From Gemmatimonadota bacterium (lineage in GTDB: Bacteria > Gemmatimonadota > Gemmatimonadetes > Gemmatimonadales > GWC2-71-9), in contig QHVC01000044.1 of the NCBI GenBank assembly GCA_003222205.1, positions 2,510 through 66,509 of the forward strand: a stretch of DNA of 64,000 nt, written 5' to 3'. This document shows positions 33,761-40,380 of the stretch, piece after piece. The translations under genes and the position numbers were made by a program. How positions within the stretch are numbered: position 1 is the stretch's first letter; each line of letters starts with the position of its first letter. The notes below the pieces were generated by a model. It was given only the letters and a program-made list of their open reading frames with translations, was not told where the DNA came from and made no database searches.

Positions 33761-34620
33761 GGAACCCGCACCGCGACCGAATCCCGAACGACCGCCGCCG
33801 GCAACACGACCGCCGGCTCGAGATCCTCCCGATCCGTGTCCACGGTCAGCTTCAGCCAATAGCGCCCGGCCGGCAACACGCCGACCGGGGCCACGTACCG
33901 CGGCTCCATCACGTAGTAGACACCGATCGGAAAGGCGAACCGTGCGCGCTCCCGACCCGCGGAATCCACCAGCGTCCCGCGCACGGTACCGATGAACGCC
34001 GCGTTACCCTGGCGCTCGAGACGCGGCCGGACCTCGAGCGAGTCGCCGACGACGGCGGCGCGCAGCCGGGTCACCGCGACTCCCGTCCGCACCGGACCCT
34101 TGCGGTAGTTGACCCCGATGATGGTCCGGACTTCGAGCGTCAAGCCGATCTTGATCCCCGTGTCGGCGACGCCCGTCACCGGCACCACGCCGCCCTTGAC
34201 GGCGATCACGAGCCGCAGCCAGTACTCGCCGTCGGGCAACCCCGGTGGGGGCGAGGCGAGGAGCCGGATCGTCTGGCGCTCCCGCGGCGCCACCGTGAGG
34301 CGGCGAGGGAACGCCTGGACCCAACGCGCCGCCGACGGTTGACCGGAATCCGCTGCGGCGGGCGGCAGCACCATGCGCCCGGCCGAATCGCTGGTCGGCA
34401 TGCCGTGCAGCCGCAGCCCGCCGAGGGAGTCCGTCTCGGGGTAGCCGAAGAAGGTCGCGATCGTGACCTCGGCCGCCTCCGTGTTCGGGTTGTACAGCGT
34501 GACGACACCGCTGTTGGACCGGGAGTTCATGAACACTGCGTGGGGCGCGACCATCACGCCCTGCGCGGCGAGTGGTGCCGCGACGGCCCCGAGCACGACG
34601 AGCCAAGAGCGCCGGATCAT
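33757..34620 (-). CDS. Periplasmic pilus chaperone-like protein (PapD-like, 287 aa)
   Basis: Signal MIRRSWLVVLGAVAAPLAAQG. The mature N-terminus VMVAPHAVFMNSRSNSGVVTLYNPNTEAAEVTI matches the chaperone pattern (v.v.P..v.f....g.v.l.N.....v.v). Beta-rich throughout. ATGA overlap with the subunit B stop. Confidence 0.55.
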   Translation of the reverse strand: MIRRSWLVVLGAVAAPLAAQGVMVAPHAVFMNSRSNSGVVTLYNPNTEAAEVTIATFFGYPETDSLGGLRLHGMPTSDSAGRMVLPPAAADSGQPSAARWVQAFPRRLTVAPRERQTIRLLASPPPGLPDGEYWLRLVIAVKGGVVPVTGVADTGIKIGLTLEVRTIIGVNYRKGPVRTGVAVTRLRAAVVGDSLEVRPRLERQGNAAFIGTVRGTLVDSAGRERARFAFPIGVYYVMEPRYVAPVGVLPAGRYWLKLTVDTDREDLEPAVVLPAAVVRDSVAVRVP

Positions 34621-35087
34621 GGGAAGTACGCCACTGTCAGCGCCAGCGTGCCCGTGTAGGGGCCCGCCCGCTGTGAAGTGCTGGGCTGCGCCGTCCCGCC
34701 GATGAAGACGGAGCCGCGCCCATTCTTGTTCAGCGTTGCCAGGAAGGGTTGGTTCGGATCGAAGGCGACCTGGCTGCCGATCGCCTGAGTGCTGGAGTAG
34801 CCGGCATCGCTGCCGCCGAACGTCAGCGGCATCGTCGCGGGGGCCGGCCCCGTCATCACCAGCGGCAGCGCGAACGTCAGCAGCACCTGGTTGCTCTTGG
34901 CGCCGACGAGGTCAAATTGGCCGCTGTTGGTCGGATCCGTTCGCAAGATGACGCGCGGCACCCCTGGGAGGACCGTGCCAAACGTGAGGTCCCGCACCCG
35001 CGAGACCGTCAGCGGACGGCCTTGAGCAGCGAGAGGCGCGACCCCGGACCCCAGGGCCAGCAGGAGAAGCGGCAACGACCGGATCAT
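34617..35087 (-). CDS. Pilus subunit B, DUF4402/SCPU-like, lacking the N-terminal extension
   Basis: Signal MIRSLPLLLLALGSGVAPLAAQ. LTFGTVLPGV, SGQFDLVGAKSNQVLLTFALP and C-terminal RAGPYTGTLALTVAYFP. GAGGG lies 6 nt upstream of the ATG. Confidence 0.6.
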   Translation of the reverse strand: MIRSLPLLLLALGSGVAPLAAQGRPLTVSRVRDLTFGTVLPGVPRVILRTDPTNSGQFDLVGAKSNQVLLTFALPLVMTGPAPATMPLTFGGSDAGYSSTQAIGSQVAFDPNQPFLATLNKNGRGSVFIGGTAQPSTSQRAGPYTGTLALTVAYFP

Positions 35088-35115
35088 GGCTTGCCCTCGG
35101 CGCCTCCACTCGTGA

Positions 35116-35156
35116 CTGCGCCGGCAGAAGGAGCCTCAGCCCCCCTGCCGGCGCAG
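35116..35156 (-). terminator. Intra-operon stem-loop after the major-subunit gene (partial terminator / mRNA-stabiliser candidate)
   Basis: Perfect inverted repeat CTGCGCCGGCAG (35116-35127) / CTGCCGGCGCAG (35145-35156) with a 17-nt loop (35128-35144). Located between the subunit A stop (35183) and the subunit B start (35087). Confidence 0.5.
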
Positions 35157-35182
35157 CGCCAGCTCGACGCCGAGGTACTCGC

Positions 35183-35677
35183 TTAGTACGTGACCGTCAG
35201 CGTGACCGAAGCCGTGTAGACGCCCGCCGGCTGGTTGCTCGCCGGGTTGACCTGGCCACCGACCCACACAAACAGCGCGCCTGTACCGCTCAGACTCGTG
35301 GACGCGCCAGCCACCGGGAACGGCGTCGCGGCTGCCGCGTTGTTCGCAGTATTGTAGCTGCCCGTGAAGTTCGCAATCGGGAGCAGGTTCAAGCCCGACT
35401 GCAGGTTAATCGGCAGCGTGAGCGACAGGTTCACCAGCGTGCTCGCCTGACCCGTCACGTCCCAACGACCGGCTGTCGCGTCGGTCGTGGCGATCGTCTT
35501 AGCGACGCCAGGGAACACGTTCCCGAAATTCAGCGACTGGCCCGTACTCACGTTGATCGGCTGCTGTACGGTCGCCGTCGCCGTGATATTGGCGTTGTTG
35601 ACCTGCGCCTGGGCAGCGGCCGTCGCGAGGACGGTCAGCGCCAGGGCGGCCAGCGTCAGCTTGGAAGCGGTGTTCAT
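35183..35677 (-). CDS. Pilus subunit A (probable major subunit), DUF4402/SCPU-like
   Basis: Start at MNTASKLTLAALALTVLATAAAQA (ATG 35677, preceded by AGAGGGA). LNFGNVFPGV, AGRWDVTGQASTLVNLSLTLP and C-terminal PAGVYTASVTLTVTY. First gene of the operon, followed by a perfect 12-bp stem-loop. Confidence 0.65.
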   Translation of the reverse strand: MNTASKLTLAALALTVLATAAAQAQVNNANITATATVQQPINVSTGQSLNFGNVFPGVAKTIATTDATAGRWDVTGQASTLVNLSLTLPINLQSGLNLLPIANFTGSYNTANNAAAATPFPVAGASTSLSGTGALFVWVGGQVNPASNQPAGVYTASVTLTVTY

Positions 35678-36049
35678 CGTTATCCCTCTCTTTATCGAGC
35701 TGTGGAACTGGTTTGCATCACTCGGAGCCCTTCCGGCGGCCCCGTTGCCGTGCCGCAACAGGGGCAAGGGGCGTGCCATGAGTGGCCAGTTCCTAGTCAT
35801 GTGTCAATTTCTTTGACGAACCCCGCCCCGAGGGGGAGCCGAAGATAGTATCGAGAGTTACGAATAACAAATGGTGACCGTCGTCAAAAAAGATTACAGT
35901 TTCGAGTCTTCCCCAGCGCTGACCATTTTTCATAACGATAACAGTAACAACAGTATAGCTTGATGAGCCTGCCGGTACGCACAATGCCTTGGTGGGGGTC
36001 AGAATCGGAGCACCTACCCTCTCAGGAGCTGGCTGTGGCGGATCGGCGG
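35678..36049. promoter_or_regulatory. Low-GC divergent control region between the pilus operon and a small secreted-protein gene
   Basis: Visibly AT-rich stretch (…gaataacaaatggtgaccgtcgtcaaaaaagattacagtttcgag…cattttcataacgataacagtaacaacagtatagc…) in an otherwise very GC-rich window. Contains direct AACAGTA repeats, and TTGACA on the minus strand at 35807..35802. No convincing -10 element found. Confidence 0.4.
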
Positions 36050-36367
36050 ATGAGCTGGACCCTCAAGACCCTGGCCCTGCTGGCGATCCCCGCTATCGGG
36101 ACTGCCCTTCAGCCGCGCGCCGCAGAAGCCCAAGCTCGTGGCACTCTGCAAGCCGTAGCCACTGTGATTGATACGCGCCCGAGCTTTGACGGACTTCGGG
36201 CCGCTCAGGCAGCCGTCTCCACCTGGAGCGGCGCAGTTGTGGCCCACGGCGATACTGTACAGACAGTGGCGCAAGTCTCGGTCGAGCCGAGACACACGGT
36301 TGCACCCGAAGCGCCCCGTTTGCAGCCCGGCGCGTTGGTCGTCACGGTGGATTTTCTCAGAAACTGA
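36050..36367 (+). CDS. Small secreted hypothetical protein (105 aa)
   Basis: Start taken at MSWTLKTLALLAIPAIGTALQPRAAEAQA (signal-peptide-like), which is Met31 of ORF 35960..36367. No family recognised. Divergent from the pilus operon. Confidence 0.4.
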   Translation: MSWTLKTLALLAIPAIGTALQPRAAEAQARGTLQAVATVIDTRPSFDGLRAAQAAVSTWSGAVVAHGDTVQTVAQVSVEPRHTVAPEAPRLQPGALVVTVDFLRN

Positions 36368-36523
36368 TCCCGAGCTTCTGCCGGAGCGTGGGAGGAAGTA
36401 GCGGGATGGCGTGCTTGATGGGCACCGATAGCGCGAAGCCGGGCGCCTGCGGCAACCCGGCACGATGGATAGAGATCACTTCCCCATTGGCGTTGAAGAC
36501 CGGGCGGGGCCGCCGCCCCAGCG

Positions 36524-36778
36524 TCAACGCGGCGGCGAAGCGACGGCCTTGTGGCGGCGATCGGGAAGCAGACGGCGCACGACCAGACTGCGTCGCAGCG
36601 CCAGCCGGCGGTCGGCGCGCACGCGGCGATCACCGCTGCTGCGACGCTCGGCGGCGAAGGGGAGCGCGACGCTGCGGCGCTCGCGCAGCCCGCGCCGATC
36701 CACGCCGGAGCGCCGGTCGGTCAGCGCACGGCGTTCGGGGGATTGTCGGCGGTCGGAGGCTGCGATCGGGCGCTGCAT
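36524..36778 (-). CDS. Small arginine-rich [DE]RR-repeat protein, paralog 1 (84 aa)
   Basis: MQRPIAASDRRQSPERRALTDRRSGVDRRGLRERRSVALPFAAERRSSGDRRVRADRRLALRRSLVVRRLLPDRRHKAVASPPR. Nine [DE]RR motifs; 26 of 84 residues are Arg. AGGAG lies 5 nt upstream of the ATG. Third positions are mostly G/C. The overlapping plus-strand ORFs are an alternative reading. Confidence 0.45.
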   Translation of the reverse strand: MQRPIAASDRRQSPERRALTDRRSGVDRRGLRERRSVALPFAAERRSSGDRRVRADRRLALRRSLVVRRLLPDRRHKAVASPPR

Positions 36779-36854
36779 ACGATCTCCTGCATAAACAAGG
36801 AAAAAGGGCCCGGAAGTTCCGGGCCCCAATAGTACCGACCGTGGCAGGTCGGGG

Positions 36855-37238
36855 CTAGTGCTCCTTCAAGCGCCCGTCGATGCCCTCGATCACTTCCCGC
36901 GGCGGACCACGCCGCTCCCAGCCGCGGTGCCGGCCGCGATCGCGCGCCTCCCACACCCCGCGTACGGCGACGCGGTCACCTTGCGGCGTGACGAAGATGC
37001 GGACGATCTCGTCCGGGCCGCGCCGCGCCCAGATGACGCGGTTCGGACCGCTCTGCTGGACCCGGTACACGACCCAGCCCCGTTGTACCAGCACCTCGCG
37101 CGTCACCACGACGACGCGCTCGGGGGGGGCGACGTAGACGTACTCGGCCGGCTCCGCGTAGACGATCTCGGCCCGGGTGTACCCCGGGACGCAGGCCGCC
37201 GCGGCCAGCAGCGGCATGAGGCCAATCGTTCGTAGCAT
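36855..37238 (-). CDS. Small lipoprotein (127 aa), function unknown
   Basis: Lipobox MLRTIGLMPLLAAAAC. GGAGGA lies 7 nt upstream of the ATG. Sequence is non-repetitive. Confidence 0.6.
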   Translation of the reverse strand: MLRTIGLMPLLAAAACVPGYTRAEIVYAEPAEYVYVAPPERVVVVTREVLVQRGWVVYRVQQSGPNRVIWARRGPDEIVRIFVTPQGDRVAVRGVWEARDRGRHRGWERRGPPREVIEGIDGRLKEH

Positions 37239-37341
37239 AGAGTGTCCTCCGTGTCAGGAAGACTCCGCCCGATGGGACGGGGTAACGCCCGTCGCGTTAA
37301 GCCGAGCGTGACGCCCTCGGTGCGGTGTATTATCGGAAACC

Positions 37342-38391
37342 ATGGACAACATCGCGCACACGCTGGTCGGCGCGGCGTTGGGGCGGGCCGTGGCCGACCG
37401 TCGTGCTCCCTACCCCGCCCTGGTCGGGGCGTTCGCCGCCAATCTGCCGGACATCATCGAACGGATCGTCGCGCCGGCCGGCCGCCGTTTCGACTACCTC
37501 ACGATGCACCGCGCGATCACGCACTCGTTGGTCGGCGCCGCCGGCCAGATCGCCGTGCTGACGCTGGCGGTGGGCGGCGCCACGACGTGGTGGGCCAGAC
37601 GCCAAGGGCGCGCCGCGCCGTCGTGGCGGTGGATCCTCGCGCTCATCGCCGCGACCGTCTCGAGTCATCTGGCGATGGATTGGCAGGGCTCGTACGGCCT
37701 GCGGCCGTTCCTGCCGTGGAACGACCGGTGGTACTACGGCGACTGGGTCGCGATCGTCGATCCCTTCTTCTGGCTGGTACCGCTCGTGGCCCTGGTGTGG
37801 GGAGAGCGACTGCACCCGGTCAGGCTGCTCTTCTTCGCGACCGCCCTCGCCGGGTGCAACGGGGTGGTACTCTCGTACGCTGAGGCCGCGTCGTGGCTGG
37901 GACCGGCGTGCGTTGCCGTCTCACTCGCAGGGCTCGCCGGCTGGACACGCCCACAAGTCGGCCCCGGCGCCCGACGCGCGATCGCGACCGGAGCGTGCGC
38001 GCTCCTCGTGATCTACACAATGGCGCAGGCGGTCGCGAGCATCCCGGTCAAGCGCGCCACGCGCGCGGCCGCCGAGCGGCGCTTCGGCGCCGGCGCCCAA
38101 TGGGCGACGCTGACCGACGTGGGGCGACCGTTCGACTGGGAGCCGGTGGTCGCGAGCCGCGACACCGTGGCCGGACCGGATTGGGCGTTGGCGCGGCATC
38201 TCGACGATCCCCGAGTGCGCGCGGCGCTGGCGACCGAGCGCGGCCAGGCGATCGCCGCATTCGCGCGGTTTCTCGTGGCGGACGTGGACTCGAGCGGGAC
38301 CGGAGTGACGGTGTTCTTGCGGGACGCGCGCTACGCGCGCACGGGACGGCGAGGTTGGGCAGCGGTGACGGTCAGGCTGGCGGGGGAGTGA
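37342..38391 (+). CDS. Membrane-bound metal-dependent hydrolase, YdjM/DUF457-like
   Basis: MDNIAHTLVGAALG...MHRAITHSLVG...SSHLAMDW: His-rich motifs within multiple TM helices. 349 aa. Confidence 0.7.
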   Translation: MDNIAHTLVGAALGRAVADRRAPYPALVGAFAANLPDIIERIVAPAGRRFDYLTMHRAITHSLVGAAGQIAVLTLAVGGATTWWARRQGRAAPSWRWILALIAATVSSHLAMDWQGSYGLRPFLPWNDRWYYGDWVAIVDPFFWLVPLVALVWGERLHPVRLLFFATALAGCNGVVLSYAEAASWLGPACVAVSLAGLAGWTRPQVGPGARRAIATGACALLVIYTMAQAVASIPVKRATRAAAERRFGAGAQWATLTDVGRPFDWEPVVASRDTVAGPDWALARHLDDPRVRAALATERGQAIAAFARFLVADVDSSGTGVTVFLRDARYARTGRRGWAAVTVRLAGE

Positions 38392-38593
38392 CGGACTCGC
38401 GGCGGTCGGCTGCGCTGCGCCGCAAGCCGAACGCGCGCCGCTCGCGGAGCCGGCGGTCGTGGCCGGACCGGCTGTCGGCAGCTACCCACTGAATCAGGAG
38501 CCGCCGGTCGGCGACGCGGCGGTCGGCGCCCCCGCGCCGGTCGGCGTGGAGACGTCGTTCACTGGTGCGCTGCTCGACGAAGCCGTCGCTCAT
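38372..38593 (-). CDS. Small arginine-rich [DE]RR-repeat protein, paralog 2 (73 aa)
   Basis: MSDGFVEQRTSERRLHADRRGGADRRVADRRLLIQWVAADSRSGHDRRLRERRAFGLRRSAADRRESVTPPPA. Seven [DE]RR motifs; 19 of 73 residues are Arg. ATG start, G/C-rich third positions, no clear SD. Its 3' end overlaps the YdjM-like gene by 20 nt (convergent). Confidence 0.4.
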   Translation of the reverse strand: MSDGFVEQRTSERRLHADRRGGADRRVADRRLLIQWVAADSRSGHDRRLRERRAFGLRRSAADRRESVTPPPA

Positions 38594-38661
38594 ACGACAC
38601 CAATCTGTGACCTGCGGCGCGTTCCGGCCAGCGGCGGGCGTCCGTTAGATTCCCCCGCGCC

Positions 38662-40368
38662 ATGATTGCCGACACCCCTCCGGTCGATGTCCTCGCCGCC
38701 GTTACGCCGGCGCTCGAGCCGGCGTTCCGCCTCGACCAGCTCGTGGCGCTGTCGCCGGAGCGCGCCCTGTACAAGGCCTGGGATCGAGCCTTGAAGCGGT
38801 TTGTGGCGCTGCGGCTACACCTGGTCGCGGGCTCACCCGGACGCGAGTGGTTCCTGCGGGAAACGGAGACCTTGGCCGCGCTCGATCACCCCGCGGTGCG
38901 GCACGTGTACGCGCTGGGCGAGGCCGCGGGCTTCGCGTATCGGACGGCGAACTGGATCGACGGGGAGAGCCTCGCGGAGGCGATCCGCCGGGGCGTCCGA
39001 CCGATCCCCTCGGTGATGTCCATCGTCCGTGACCTGCTGGGCGCCCTCGAGCACGCGCACGCCCACGGCATCATCATGCGGCGGATCGCTCCCACCACGC
39101 TGATGCTCGATCTCGCGGGGCGCGCCATCATCACCGATCTGCGGTATTCCAACTGGTGCCTGGCGCACGCGCCGGCCGACTTCGGCCCAGGGGCGGCGTT
39201 CGGCGCGCCGGAAGTGCGCGGCGGCGGCGCGGGGGATCCGGCGGCGGACGTCTACACCGTCGGCGCCCTCGTCTATTTCGCGCTGACGGCGCAGGAGCCC
39301 GCCGCCGATCCGGAGGCGATCGTCCCGCCTCGGCGACTGCGCGGGACGATTCCCGCAGCGGTCGAGCGCGTGATCCTGCGGGCGTTACGCGCCGCGCCCG
39401 GCGACCGCTACTTCACCGCCACCGAGATGCTCGAAGATTTCGTGGCCGACGCCGGCACGTTCCGGGCGCCGACGGCGGAGCCGCAGCACGGCGAATCGGG
39501 TTTCGAGCGGCGTCTGCGCCGCGCCCTGGGCGACGACTACGAGCTGCTCGAAGAGATCGGCGCGGGCGGCTTCGGGCGCGTGTACCGCGCGCGCGATCTG
39601 GGGCTGGAGCGCGATGTCGCCATCAAGGTGCTCCACCCTTCGCTGACGGCGGACCTCGGCGTCGTGGAGCGGTTTCAGCGGGAGGCGCAGCTGGCGGCGC
39701 GGCTGCGCCACCCGAACATCGTGAGCATTTACGACATCGGCGGGCGGGCGGGCCTGCAGTGGTATACGATGGAAATGGTCCCCGGCGCGAGCCTGGCGCA
39801 GCTGACCGCGACGCACGGCGCCCTACCGGTGGACCGCGTCGTCCGGATGCTCGACGAAGCCCTCTCCGCGCTGGAGCAGGCCCACGCCCTCGGCCTCGTG
39901 CACCGCGACCTGAAGCCGGAGAACCTGCTGCTCGAGCCCGATGGCCGCGTCCGCATCACGGACTTCGGCCTCGCGCTCGCCCTGCGCGGCGACGGCCGCT
40001 ACGGCGGTGCCACCTCACGCAGCGGCACCCCGCAATTCGCCAGTCCCGAGCAGCTGCTCGGCGAGAAGGTGACGCCCCGCACCGATCTGTACTCGCTGGG
40101 CGCCGTGGGCTACTTCGCCCTGCTGGGGCGGCCGCCGTTCGAGGGGCCCACCGTGGAGGCGATCCTGGCGAAGCAGACGACGGATGCCGTCCCTGACCTG
40201 CACGCCGAGCGGCCGGCGGTGGAGCGGGAGCTCGAGGTCGTGCTGCGCCGGGCGGTCGCCAGCCGGCCCGAGGAGCGGTTCCCCACGGCGGCCGCGTTCC
40301 GGTCGGCGTTGCGGGACGCGACCGGTGGCTGGTGGCGGCGCCTCTGGAAGCTGTTGCGGCCGGACTGA
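38662..40368 (+). CDS. Tandem Ser/Thr protein kinase: N-terminal pseudokinase domain + C-terminal canonical Hanks-type kinase domain
   Basis: C-terminal domain: IGAGGFGRVYRA, VAIKVL, HRDLKPENLL, DFG, SPE. N-terminal domain: kinase-like fold signatures (FGAPEV, DVYTVGALVYFAL) but no G-loop, VALR instead of VAxK, MRRIAPTT instead of HRDLKPxN, and DLR instead of DFG. Confidence 0.85.
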   Translation: MIADTPPVDVLAAVTPALEPAFRLDQLVALSPERALYKAWDRALKRFVALRLHLVAGSPGREWFLRETETLAALDHPAVRHVYALGEAAGFAYRTANWIDGESLAEAIRRGVRPIPSVMSIVRDLLGALEHAHAHGIIMRRIAPTTLMLDLAGRAIITDLRYSNWCLAHAPADFGPGAAFGAPEVRGGGAGDPAADVYTVGALVYFALTAQEPAADPEAIVPPRRLRGTIPAAVERVILRALRAAPGDRYFTATEMLEDFVADAGTFRAPTAEPQHGESGFERRLRRALGDDYELLEEIGAGGFGRVYRARDLGLERDVAIKVLHPSLTADLGVVERFQREAQLAARLRHPNIVSIYDIGGRAGLQWYTMEMVPGASLAQLTATHGALPVDRVVRMLDEALSALEQAHALGLVHRDLKPENLLLEPDGRVRITDFGLALALRGDGRYGGATSRSGTPQFASPEQLLGEKVTPRTDLYSLGAVGYFALLGRPPFEGPTVEAILAKQTTDAVPDLHAERPAVERELEVVLRRAVASRPEERFPTAAAFRSALRDATGGWWRRLWKLLRPD

Positions 40369-40380
40369 CGCTCCTGCCGC

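Noticed and set aside
35802-35807. Perfect -35-like TTGACA (minus strand) upstream of the pilin A gene
   Set aside because: The hexamer 17-18 nt downstream (cactca/ccactc) is a poor -10, and promoter consensus for this lineage is unknown to me. Kept only as part of the regulatory region, not called as a promoter.
36388-36858. Plus-strand ORFs (36388..36858, 36465..36794, 36551..36832) overlapping [DE]RR paralog 1; one reads as RRS repeats
   Set aside because: They use more A/T-ending and rare codons (aga, cga, tca) and lack an SD. The RRS reading has no equivalent clean ORF at the second locus. The minus frame has AGGAG and a paralog in the same sense. The ambiguity is flagged in the finding.
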